Shown: piece after piece, positions 37,221 to 47,130 of the stretch
Layout: the number at the start of each line of letters is the position of its first letter
How positions within the stretch are numbered: the first letter of the stretch is position 1
From: an uncultured Candidatus Poseidoniales archaeon
GTDB lineage: Archaea > Thermoplasmatota > Poseidoniia > Poseidoniales > Thalassarchaeaceae
DNA length: 64,000 nucleotides
Assembly: GCA_964618995.1 (NCBI GenBank)
Contig: CAZUBQ010000002.1
Span: forward strand, 25,352-89,351
Direction of reading: 5' to 3'
The notes under the pieces: model-generated
Told to the model about the DNA's origin: nothing
Databases searched by the model: none
The model's input: only the letters and a program-made list of their open reading frames with translations
Translations under genes and position numbers: made by a program

Positions 37221-40200
37221 TCAGAAAGGCGCGGCTCCGGTCATACCGGACCTGACTCTCCTGTAGAGGAGGAATCCTATGAGGAACATGGCGATGATGA
37301 TCATCGGAACCCATGTGTTGACGGATTCAGGAGCGGGTGTGGCGACATGGATGGTCTCCATCTCATTGGTATCTGAAGATGCATCCAGATCATCCAGTTC
37401 CGAGACGATGATGGTGAAGTTGAACTTCTGGTTCCCGATACCAACCCCTTCCAAATCGAGGAACAGCATGTAGTCGACTGTCTTACCCGCTGGAATGGCC
37501 AGATTGTCAGATTCAGTGAAGAGTTCGGGGTATTCGGGCATGTCAAGCCGTATCTTCACTTCGCGTGCATCGACAAGACCGTCGTTTTTCACGCGCACGA
37601 CGAACTGGTTGCGTGAGCCTGTGATCGCATCTCCTCCGCTGAAGGTGTCGATGTCCTCAAATGACAACAGTGGCCGAGCCGCCTTGACCTCTATGGAGAT
37701 CGGCGGGTAACTGGTGTTGTCCTCACTGCTGATATTCAGATGCAGCTCAAAGGATTCATCGCCTGCGTCCGCGGGTGCGAACACGGTGAACGAGTAGGTG
37801 CGCGCCTCACCGCTGTTGTACGGGGACTCCTGCGGCCCGGTTGCGCTCCATCCCTCTGGCAGCCAAGTCGTGTCAATCTCAAACTGGATGGTGTCATGAC
37901 CGTTTCCTGCATTCTCAATCAAGAACTCCACTCGTTGCTCATCACCGGGATAGACCCCTGTTGTACCCTCAGGCTGCTCGAGCACGTTCACCTGGTAGGT
38001 CTGTGGAATGCGGACCGTCAACACATGCTCGCTGGAGGAGCCGTCAGTATGAGTCAGTCTGAGCGTGATTCTGTGACCATCATCCAATGAAGTGGAATTA
38101 CTGAGGTTCGCCGGTTGGACACGCATGGTGAGGTCGAGGGTGCCCGCGCTGTCCAAGCCAAGTTGAATCTTCTGCTCCTCCACCCATTGGATAGTACCAT
38201 TGGCATCGGTGCCATTGTGGAACTCGACCGACCAGTACTCGATGTCCTCGGCGGAGAAGACGGTCGTGACGTTATACTCGTCAAGTGCCTCATTGCCTGT
38301 GTAATCAATCTCGATTGTGAACTCGATCACCTCGAACACATTGCTCTCGTTCGATTCCACGACATCGACGTCGTTGTTCATCTCCTCGTGCTGAGTTGCC
38401 CCAGTGACCGAGGTGACATTGAACTGAACTCCGTGGTTAAGGTGGCGATTGAAGCGCAGGGTGTTGACCGGCGTCTCCTGTTCGGAGGCGATATCGATCG
38501 AAAGGCCGGCGCTGTAGGTCATGTTCAGCCCGTGTTCAAACGTCTGGAATTCACTCTCGAGGAACAATGTCCCCTCGGGTAGCAACAGGTCTACGTTGCC
38601 TTCGGAATCGACACCGACCACCCATTTGCGGTTGTCTCCCATATCAAAATCGATGGACGGTGTATCGAGCATCTCAGCACCCGGTACATTCGAGTCTCCG
38701 AGGTGATGGTTTTCGCCCTCGAAGTCAATCCATGAGGTGGCGATGTGCAGGATGCCGCCTGGCTCCAGCGTCAGGTTCACCTCCGCGCCTTCGTGCACGC
38801 TTGCATCCACGAGAATCACACCGACCACGCCGGCGGCTTCGTTTGTGGCAATCAACACCCATTCTCCGGGTTCGACATCCGCACTCCACGAGCCGTTCCA
38901 GTCACCCCCGTTATCGAGTAGTTTTTCGGGTGTGTGGGAATCTCTCTCGATTCCAGTGTGCGGTACGAGCTGAAGAACAACGCCTCCAGAGATATCGTCC
39001 CACACCTCCATCTGCACGTAATCTATCAGGCCCACCACAGTGACGTTTCCTGCCAGCAATTCCAAATCGGTCGAGTTCGAAGTCTCGGCGATGACGATTG
39101 TGGTGTTTACAGGGGCGAATCCGATACGGGTTGCTTCGATGGTGTAGTTGCCGAGAACGGGTACGAACAATTGCCATGTTCCGAGTTCGCTGCTGGTCAA
39201 GTTGACGTCCTCTGGCAGGCCGCCTCCGCTGACGCTGATGTTCGCACCTTCGACGCCTTCACCCTGATCGTATTCACCGTCGTCATCGAGATCCCAGAAC
39301 AGATTCCCGCCGAGGGTGACCCAATGCTCCAAGATTATCGAACTGTTGTCCGGTGTCTGTTCTCCGTCGCTGAGTTCAGCCAAGGTCTGTGATTCGAGTA
39401 GCCAACGCTCCTGAGAGAACGTAGCGTTCAGGGACAGCGACCACGTCCCTGGCCATATGTAGGCGTCGAGCACGCCATCCGAGTTGGTCGCGGGCAGCGT
39501 TATGTTACCCAGACCATCCTCGCTGTGGGCGATTAACTCGAACCCGGTCATATTCTCCCCGCTACCCTCCTCGAAGAAGGATATCAGCAGATGAGCAGAT
39601 TCCTTAGTACGCCAAGAGATTCCATCGAGGCTGGCGTTGCCGTCGATGACTAGCAGGCCACGGAACTCCTCATGTGTCACGCCGGTGTTGAATCGCTCAA
39701 CAGTGACTATCCACTCGCCTTCGGGAAGATAGTCGAGCAGGGTACCGTTCTCGTCTGTGAAGCGAATGAACTCGATTTCGCCGTCTACAGATTCAAAGTT
39801 CACCTGTCGCTCTGCCACCGCTCCGCTGGAGAAATTGGTCAGTTCAGCGTTCACCCGCCACATGGGCAAGAAGGGCATCTCAACTACCTCGCTCACGTTG
39901 TTCACGCCAAGTGCCAGCACGATGTTTTCTGCGGCCGCCAACTGGGTGTCGTAGGCGCTGCCGTTGGTGGCATTCTGCGGCTCTACGGCAATCGTGTAGA
40001 CACCAGGTTCCACGTTCACGGTGATGCGACCATCGGTGAACTCGGCGGAGGTGACGTTCAGGCCAATCCCCAGACCACCCGCTGAAATCGGTACGAAAGC
40101 CAGGTCGATGTCGATGAGCGTGCCGTTGCTGACGTTCGCATCACCCTCATGGTCGATGAAGGCGGTGATGTCGACGGTGATGTTGTCCGGTTGCGCCATC

Positions 40201-43200
40201 AGCACTAAGTTCAGAAGGTTCTCACTGTTGTTGAGCGAGACGTTGATGTCCATCGATTCGAGGTTGAACCAATCATCATCTATGCTCAGTGTCCAGAGAC
40301 CTTCCTGCAATTTGTTTCCGAAGCGGCCGTCCGAGTCCACCTCTAGGAACCAGTGTACATCACGGGCGTGGTCGTATGCGTGAATCTCCACCGGTCGGTA
40401 GAAGGGGAAGTTACTGGTGTACAACGTCAGGTTGCGATTGATGAACATAGTGCCAGAGAAAGGCAGACCATTCTCGAGGAAGAGCACGATTGGATCCATC
40501 CCCTCAAGCACCTCGAACTGGGTTCCGTTGGACAGTTGGCTGGCAATCGAACGAGCGGTCATGTTGACGACGGCATGTTCGGGAAGCAGCAACGAGAAGT
40601 TGCCCTCCATATCTGTCGTCACCGACGTCTCTATGCCACCCCATTGGAACTCAACCACTAGGTTGTGCGCCGGATCGAATGGGTCATCCTCCTTCTGGGT
40701 GTGCACGAGAATCGTGCCGTTCACCTCGACGCTGCGAACAAGCGTCCACTCCAAGCCGCTCATGTCCTCGATTACCTCGAACTCCTCCCAGAGCATCAGG
40801 CCATCTGCACCTGTGCTGTTGGCCACCCATCCACCCATGGGCAACTCGATGTGGTAGGAACTCGTGTTGTTGTCATAACGAGCTTGCAGGTACTCATCAT
40901 CGAGCAACAACTCGCTGTGGAACCACACTTCGGAGTCACTCACTGGCTCGACCGTTCCTCCGCCCAATTCGGTCCAGACCGTGAACTCGACATCATAGTG
41001 CACCGGAACCGGGTTGGCGCTACTGATGAGTGAGAACTCCTGCGCATCGATGATGGCTGAGATATGCGCGACTCCGTTGCACACACCGTATCCAGTACCG
41101 TTCCACGGAACGCACTCGTTGAATCCATCACCATCGTAGTCCATGCTCAACGAGTAGTTGCCGTCAGGGAGAGGACCGAAACCGAACGAGCCGTTCTCAT
41201 CTGCGGTAATGATGCATGGGGCGAAGAAAGTGACCTCGCATGGCTCGATGGCAGGGCTATCCGGCAGGCTGTTGTCGAGAATCTCCAGTGGAGCATCGCT
41301 GACCATCGAGCCATTCATCCACTTCAGTTCGCCACTGATGTGTGACCCTGGCATCAGCAGTTCGACATCAGCGATAGGTTCTGTTTCGACATCGAGGGAC
41401 GTCGACAGTCGAGTGCGCTTGCCATTGCCGAGTATGACCTCGACTCGATAGGTACCGGGCAGAGCATCGACGAGATGGAACGATCCCGGCTCCACCATTT
41501 CCCCAGTGAAGATACCGACTCCGCTGAACAATCCCGTGCCATTGAACACTCCGTACGTCTCAAGTTGATCGTCGCTGGTGTTGGTGATGAAAATTCCTGC
41601 ACCGACAAACGTCTCCCTGTACATCTCTGTAGTGAAGTCCAGAGTGCCATTGGCGGTGACCCTGCCACTGCCATCCAACTGATTGATGAACACGTACTTC
41701 GGCGGATTACTACCGAGAATCAAACATATCTCATCGTCCTCCGGAACAGTCTCGTTCACGCAGTTGGAGAGGTTGGATGGCGGGTTAACAAGCGTACCTT
41801 CGAATGTGCCCGCGCCCTTGAACTCGCCACTACCGGTGAAGGAGTGGTTGTGTAGTATCTGGCGAGTGAAATTGCCCGTGAAGTCAGAGACGAGCACAGT
41901 ACCCTCAGATTGCATCACGCCAATTCCGGTGAAGGTTACCTCACCTGTTCCGCGGAAGGTTCGCGGATGCTCTTCATCTGATTCAACCGTCCCATTGGTG
42001 GTCCAGATGTGCGGGAGTTCCCGCTGAGTCCAGATCTCTGTTAAGATGAGTTCGTGAGAAATGAGTGGCTCACCGTCGAATGAGGCGTGACCATCCCAGG
42101 CAACGGTGCCCGAGGCGCTAGATGCCGCGATGACAAGTGTCTGCTCGATAACCTGCTCACCGTTCGAGTCGGCTTGCTCTCCGGTGACATTGAACTCTAT
42201 CTCGCCAATCCACTTCCCTCCTGAGACATTCGCCAGCAGCGCGGTGACCGGATTGATGGTTCGTCCATCTTCCGGCTGGTCTCCAAGCACGTCTGTGAGC
42301 CAAGTTTGCCAGGTCTGGAAGTTGCTCTGTGCTTGAGTGATCTTATCGATTGACACCTGACGCGCCTCGGTCTCCTCTCCTGTGAACCCGGTGAACGCTG
42401 TGACGCGGATGTGGCCTGCAGGTACCCTGAACTCGAAGTGACCGTCATCGTCTGCATCGACGGTGCCGATTGGAATCCAGTATTCACGCGGATCGTCGTC
42501 GTTAGAACTCTCGCCACTGTAGGCATCGCGCTCGATGAGGAGGCGCGCATTGGGCACAGTGGAGATGTCTCCAAGTTGGACTTCACCCGACAAAGTCGCT
42601 CCAGAATAGTACTTCAGAATCTTGACCGCGGTGTTCGCATCATACCATGGCTTCGTTCCGTCGTCATTGTCCTCGTCATACCAGTTGGCGATCACGAAGT
42701 GGTTCATCATCGCCGCTGGAAGCGGGAAGGCGTACTGCAGTGAAGAATTCGACGTGCCGCGCATATCGAAGTGCTGCCCTGGCTGAGCAGGGTCTGTGTT
42801 GAGCACGTCATCGAGACCAAGCTGAGGAGAACCGTAGCCGATGTAGGTACGAGCGACCATCGTGTCGAAGAACTCCGCCTCATGATCCACCCTGATATCC
42901 ATGAGTTGTATAATCTCTAAATCGTTCTGCGACTGGCTGCGCACGACGTCATCCTTGTACTCCGCTTCGTACTGCTCGGACGACATTTCTACAGGATAAC
43001 CTGACGCGCCGCGCTGAGTGACGTACAACGTCTCGAAGTATGTGTCAGGATCGAGCCCTGAGAGTGTGGTCGGGGCGTAGAAGATACCCGTGGGGTTGCC
43101 TCCGCTGGAGGAGTAGGCGCCCGCAACGGGGTAGAGACGATTGTCTACTGCAAAGTAGCGGATCTCGTGGTTACGATCGATCGTGTCTCCGGGCTTGCCG

Positions 43201-46200
43201 CCAGAATCGTCGACGGTGTAGGTGATCTCATTGGACACCTCATGGTTGAGCGTGACCAACTCGTCGAGTGTGAGTGCGGTGGACAGGAAGGTACGCCCCA
43301 GCGCCAGCCGTGCATTCTGCCGGTGAAGCGAGGTCGTGGCGTCGGCGAAGTCATCGACGATGTCCTTGGTGTACCAGTAGTCACCGATGATGTAGTGCGT
43401 CACTTCCTCCGTTACCACGTCGTTGCGGTGCTTTGTTGAGTTGAGTGATCCCATTGCATCGGACAGAACATTGTGTTCTGTGCCATCCCACTCCCGACTG
43501 TCGTAGACCCGGTAGGATTTCGTGAGAACAGGCATGCCGATGTCGTTGAGGTGATATCCTTCTCCGAGGGAGATGCTGCCCGCTGTGTGAGTGATGGTGA
43601 ACGAGTGATCGACGACAACCGATTCGCCATCAACCCCCAAGGTCGTCAGCAGCACGAATTCGTCGTACTGGGTGTCTGACAGGGCGCGGTGCAGGGCGTT
43701 GTCGAATCCTGGTGTGAATCCTCCGTCACCGCTGTAGCGCAAATCGCCCTCGGCGAGCGTCAGTATCCAGAGTGCCAGCAAATCCTCCTCTGACTGAGCG
43801 AGCAGCATGTTCCCTGAATTCGGAATACCGCTCTGGAAGTTGTCCGCCACAGTCGGGTGTTTCCCCTGAGCGAGCGCCTGGAATCCATAATCCCACCAAG
43901 AGACGAACGCCGGGCGTTGCGCGAACGGCATTTCCTGATCCTGTTCTTCGAGCCACTGGTAGCCATCGTTCCAATAGCGTCCATTGAAGCCTGAACCGAA
44001 AGACCCCATGTACCAACAACTGGTCGACTTGCTGGAGCCGCGACAACCGCTTGACGGGTTGTACTGGGTGTCGTCGAACACAGAGAATCCGAAAATCGGG
44101 TCAGCGGTGCGCAGCAGCCGCGGCGTGATGTTGTAGATTGATGAATCGACATCCTTGGCTGCGGAGTTCCCCTGCGGGATGCCGGCATCCAGTCCGTAGG
44201 TGGCGTGCTGGCTGACGAGCAGCATGAACACAAGCAGGATGGCCCCCACAGCAGGGTGCTTCTTCAGCGCCTTGGTACCAGAAGTGAATCGTGCCTTCGG
44301 AGTGCCAACCCCGAACCTGCGCCATGATTTGGCAATCTGGTCGCCGCCACACATGCTCCACAAGAGAGTGATCGACCACGCCCCCATGACCGCCACCGGA
44401 GGAGTCGCATTGAACACGAACCGTCCGGCGCGCCATGCCATGAAACCGGCAACGAGCATCCACACCGCCAGCACCAGTTTCACCCGGTCCTGCTGGCGCA
44501 CACCCTGCCACAACGCCGCGAGTCCTGAACCGACGGCCAGCAGCGCAACGAGCGGCCCGAATGAACCGAACAACATCCCGCGGCTGGGAGCCTGTGCCTC
44601 AGCGATTGTCCCGAATATCTTGTTCTTGCTGAAGTAGTAGCCACCCGTGAACAGCACCTCCCATGCAGAGGTGTCCTGCAACACATCGACGATGAACCAG
44701 CCAGCCGCGCCGATGATGCCGAGTACGAGCACGATGGATTGCGGATTGATCTTGGATTCGTAGCTCGCGAGGAACATCCAGATGAACAGCAGACCGGCGG
44801 CGAGCGCACCGAAGTACCATTCGATGGAGAAGTTCACACCTCCTGCGATGATCAGCATACCTATGATTGCCGGTCCGGCGATGACCAACCACGGCAGATC
44901 ACGACTGGCGGATGCGATGTATCCCGTGACGAACGTGAATGCGAGGATGTAGAACATCGGCTGGAATCCGCTGGCGTCCCACACGAGTTTCAACTCCATG
45001 TGAGCGTAGAACGGGAGTGGCAGAAGGAAGGCACTGATCATCATAGCCAATGCAGCGACCGTGAGTGGCATGCTGTCACGACGCCGGAACATGTTCAGCA
45101 GTACCTGAGTGAAGAAGGCTGCATACAAGATGGCGAGACCATAGACGAATCCCTTCCACCCAAGTGCAACAGTGGCAAACGCGAAGCCTGCAAGGATAGC
45201 ATTGGAAACCGCAGTCGGGCGTTGCTCAATGGTCGCCTTCACACCCCTGAGGAAGTACGAGGGGCGCCACGAGGAGTTGGCTACGAGTTTGTCGCTGCCC
45301 GCCGCCTCGACCGCCTTCAACCAGAAGTAGAACCCGAGCGTCAGGAACAGGATGACGAACGCGTCGTGGTCCGCCATCGCGAACGTGCTCTTGGAGACGT
45401 GCCCCGGCATCAGGGCAATCAGCCAAGCGGCCACTGCCCCGGTGCCCTTGCTGAAGAATCGCCGACCGATTGCCGCCATCGGCAACACTGTGAGAGAGCC
45501 GTAGATGACAGGCAGAGCGGACACCGACCACCAGACCGATTCTTCTGCAGGTACTCCGAGAATCGGGGCGAGCAGCAATCCTCCGACAGCCATGCTCCAT
45601 GCGAACAGCGGTGGCCGCGGATTAATCGCTCCGAGCGGATAGGAGCGATCCATGTCGATCAGGAAGTGGCTGTGCTGGGCGAGAACGTACTCCACGGCGC
45701 GCATCATGTACCACGGATCAGAACCTCCGGTCAGATCCCACTCATGGGTCCCGCTGGCGTTCATCGCCGGTATGACGCTCCATACTGAGCGAATGATCAG
45801 CGCAACCAACATCGCGGTGAACACTGTGATTCCGTACCAGTGTGCGGACCACCAGAGACGAGCCGGGCCGGGTAAGCGCCGCGGTGATGTGTCTCCGAGC
45901 TTGCCCATGACGCCGAGAATGATGGCGACCGAATTCACCCAGAAGAAGATGAAGAACCAGACGAACAGGCCATTGCTTCCCCCGAAGTATGAATGCCAAT
46001 CAGATGATCCTGTCAGGATGAGGCCCTTCTCCTGCAATCCCGAGAGAGAGAACAGCAGCCAATTTGCGAGTAAGAGCGTTGCCCGGGTCTTCCAGCGCTC
46101 GGATACGAAGAACATCGCCAGCAGCGAGAGGATACCGGTGAACAGAGCCCACCAGATGCTCATGTGATCGCCAGCCAGCCGCGCACCTTCATCGGATGAG

Positions 46201-46958
46201 AAGAAGGAGGCGAGTACGGTGACGTGGGCGAGCATCCAGAGTGCGAACCCGGCGTAGAGCGGCCACGTCGAGCGGGAATCCAGACGTTCTGGGAGGTTGA
46301 CGAACCAGCCGCCGCGACCAGCGGGCAGCAGTCTGCCGCGCAGGGCGAACGTGGCGAGCGCACCGGCCAGCATGCTGACCATCCAGGTGTTGAAGAACAG
46401 GAAGCCGACCTCCTGTCGGTGACTGTCCAGATGTCCCCAGTAGGAGCTGTCAGCAACATCGAGAGCCGGCAACCAAGCGCCGCCCACCCACTGTGAACCG
46501 TCGAATGTCGGTGCAGCCACGGCTGCGAACGACAGCGCGGCGTAGAACCCCATCACGGTCCAGGTGAGGATGTTCGCTTCCTCGAAACGACCTGCTCTGT
46601 CAAACAGATGCACGCCGAGTGCGAGTACGACGAAAAGCAGACCGAGAAGCGTGTCGCCGATGACCAACTGCGGTATGGCTGCAGCCAACACAAGCGGCGC
46701 GAAAATGAACAGCGTGACATGCGAAGGCTTGACGCTGAGGCCGGAGAAGATGATGCGGGGGGTTACCCCTAGCAGGGCTCCGATCGTCAGTAGAACGAAC
46801 GGAAGCACCTGATTCATCACGGCTTCTTGGCTGTCATACGTCACGCCCAGCGGGTACATCGTCATCGTCAACAGCAGTAGCACGACCCCGGCTAACGGGG
46901 CCGCGAACAGACTGCGCACGGTGCTGACACCCGAGGACGTGCTGTCGTTGTCGTCCAT
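37221..46958 (-). CDS. aglB: Giant oligosaccharyltransferase AglB (STT3) with N-terminal multi-TM extension, long C-terminal beta-sandwich stalk and terminal TM
   Basis: SDPWY..R, YPLG..NPRPPLF, DHD, TIAEAQ, SWWDYG (43884-43898), TVADNFQ; then carboxypeptidase-regulatory-like and CARDB-like repeats. Confidence 0.92.
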   Translation of the reverse strand: MDDNDSTSSGVSTVRSLFAAPLAGVVLLLLTMTMYPLGVTYDSQEAVMNQVLPFVLLTIGALLGVTPRIIFSGLSVKPSHVTLFIFAPLVLAAAIPQLVIGDTLLGLLFVVLALGVHLFDRAGRFEEANILTWTVMGFYAALSFAAVAAPTFDGSQWVGGAWLPALDVADSSYWGHLDSHRQEVGFLFFNTWMVSMLAGALATFALRGRLLPAGRGGWFVNLPERLDSRSTWPLYAGFALWMLAHVTVLASFFSSDEGARLAGDHMSIWWALFTGILSLLAMFFVSERWKTRATLLLANWLLFSLSGLQEKGLILTGSSDWHSYFGGSNGLFVWFFIFFWVNSVAIILGVMGKLGDTSPRRLPGPARLWWSAHWYGITVFTAMLVALIIRSVWSVIPAMNASGTHEWDLTGGSDPWYMMRAVEYVLAQHSHFLIDMDRSYPLGAINPRPPLFAWSMAVGGLLLAPILGVPAEESVWWSVSALPVIYGSLTVLPMAAIGRRFFSKGTGAVAAWLIALMPGHVSKSTFAMADHDAFVILFLTLGFYFWLKAVEAAGSDKLVANSSWRPSYFLRGVKATIEQRPTAVSNAILAGFAFATVALGWKGFVYGLAILYAAFFTQVLLNMFRRRDSMPLTVAALAMMISAFLLPLPFYAHMELKLVWDASGFQPMFYILAFTFVTGYIASASRDLPWLVIAGPAIIGMLIIAGGVNFSIEWYFGALAAGLLFIWMFLASYESKINPQSIVLVLGIIGAAGWFIVDVLQDTSAWEVLFTGGYYFSKNKIFGTIAEAQAPSRGMLFGSFGPLVALLAVGSGLAALWQGVRQQDRVKLVLAVWMLVAGFMAWRAGRFVFNATPPVAVMGAWSITLLWSMCGGDQIAKSWRRFGVGTPKARFTSGTKALKKHPAVGAILLVFMLLVSQHATYGLDAGIPQGNSAAKDVDSSIYNITPRLLRTADPIFGFSVFDDTQYNPSSGCRGSSKSTSCWYMGSFGSGFNGRYWNDGYQWLEEQDQEMPFAQRPAFVSWWDYGFQALAQGKHPTVADNFQSGIPNSGNMLLAQSEEDLLALWILTLAEGDLRYSGDGGFTPGFDNALHRALSDTQYDEFVLLTTLGVDGESVVVDHSFTITHTAGSISLGEGYHLNDIGMPVLTKSYRVYDSREWDGTEHNVLSDAMGSLNSTKHRNDVVTEEVTHYIIGDYWYTKDIVDDFADATTSLHRQNARLALGRTFLSTALTLDELVTLNHEVSNEITYTVDDSGGKPGDTIDRNHEIRYFAVDNRLYPVAGAYSSSGGNPTGIFYAPTTLSGLDPDTYFETLYVTQRGASGYPVEMSSEQYEAEYKDDVVRSQSQNDLEIIQLMDIRVDHEAEFFDTMVARTYIGYGSPQLGLDDVLNTDPAQPGQHFDMRGTSNSSLQYAFPLPAAMMNHFVIANWYDEDNDDGTKPWYDANTAVKILKYYSGATLSGEVQLGDISTVPNARLLIERDAYSGESSNDDDPREYWIPIGTVDADDDGHFEFRVPAGHIRVTAFTGFTGEETEARQVSIDKITQAQSNFQTWQTWLTDVLGDQPEDGRTINPVTALLANVSGGKWIGEIEFNVTGEQADSNGEQVIEQTLVIAASSASGTVAWDGHASFDGEPLISHELILTEIWTQRELPHIWTTNGTVESDEEHPRTFRGTGEVTFTGIGVMQSEGTVLVSDFTGNFTRQILHNHSFTGSGEFKGAGTFEGTLVNPPSNLSNCVNETVPEDDEICLILGSNPPKYVFINQLDGSGRVTANGTLDFTTEMYRETFVGAGIFITNTSDDQLETYGVFNGTGLFSGVGIFTGEMVEPGSFHLVDALPGTYRVEVILGNGKRTRLSTSLDVETEPIADVELLMPGSHISGELKWMNGSMVSDAPLEILDNSLPDSPAIEPCEVTFFAPCIITADENGSFGFGPLPDGNYSLSMDYDGDGFNECVPWNGTGYGVCNGVAHISAIIDAQEFSLISSANPVPVHYDVEFTVWTELGGGTVEPVSDSEVWFHSELLLDDEYLQARYDNNTSSYHIELPMGGWVANSTGADGLMLWEEFEVIEDMSGLEWTLVRSVEVNGTILVHTQKEDDPFDPAHNLVVEFQWGGIETSVTTDMEGNFSLLLPEHAVVNMTARSIASQLSNGTQFEVLEGMDPIVLFLENGLPFSGTMFINRNLTLYTSNFPFYRPVEIHAYDHARDVHWFLEVDSDGRFGNKLQEGLWTLSIDDDWFNLESMDINVSLNNSENLLNLVLMAQPDNITVDITAFIDHEGDANVSNGTLIDIDLAFVPISAGGLGIGLNVTSAEFTDGRITVNVEPGVYTIAVEPQNATNGSAYDTQLAAAENIVLALGVNNVSEVVEMPFLPMWRVNAELTNFSSGAVAERQVNFESVDGEIEFIRFTDENGTLLDYLPEGEWIVTVERFNTGVTHEEFRGLLVIDGNASLDGISWRTKESAHLLISFFEEGSGENMTGFELIAHSEDGLGNITLPATNSDGVLDAYIWPGTWSLSLNATFSQERWLLESQTLAELSDGEQTPDNSSIILEHWVTLGGNLFWDLDDDGEYDQGEGVEGANISVSGGGLPEDVNLTSSELGTWQLFVPVLGNYTIEATRIGFAPVNTTIVIAETSNSTDLELLAGNVTVVGLIDYVQMEVWDDISGGVVLQLVPHTGIERDSHTPEKLLDNGGDWNGSWSADVEPGEWVLIATNEAAGVVGVILVDASVHEGAEVNLTLEPGGILHIATSWIDFEGENHHLGDSNVPGAEMLDTPSIDFDMGDNRKWVVGVDSEGNVDLLLPEGTLFLESEFQTFEHGLNMTYSAGLSIDIASEQETPVNTLRFNRHLNHGVQFNVTSVTGATQHEEMNNDVDVVESNESNVFEVIEFTIEIDYTGNEALDEYNVTTVFSAEDIEYWSVEFHNGTDANGTIQWVEEQKIQLGLDSAGTLDLTMRVQPANLSNSTSLDDGHRITLRLTHTDGSSSEHVLTVRIPQTYQVNVLEQPEGTTGVYPGDEQRVEFLIENAGNGHDTIQFEIDTTWLPEGWSATGPQESPYNSGEARTYSFTVFAPADAGDESFELHLNISSEDNTSYPPISIEVKAARPLLSFEDIDTFSGGDAITGSRNQFVVRVKNDGLVDAREVKIRLDMPEYPELFTESDNLAIPAGKTVDYMLFLDLEGVGIGNQKFNFTIIVSELDDLDASSDTNEMETIHVATPAPESVNTWVPMIIIAMFLIGFLLYRRVRSGMTGAAPF

Positions 46959-47130
46959 CGTTTTCCCTCTTGATTGACAGTCGTCAGACTGTCGGCGTCG
47001 CCGCCACCTAGCAATGTGGTTTAACGGTTGCCACACGCGGGCGCGAGGTGCATCGCCTCAGTGCCACGATTACACCTAGGATTCCCGAGCTTTGGCAATA
47101 ATGCTCTCCCGGTAGTATGTCATACTCAGA

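Noticed and set aside
37221..46958. Intein as the explanation for AglB length
   Set aside because: No intein-like C/S...HN-C/S/T splice junctions or LAGLIDADG motifs recognised
12398..47036. Many 60-350-aa antisense and alternate-frame ORFs inside the giant genes
   Set aside because: Expected shadows of GC-rich codon usage; no recognisable motifs
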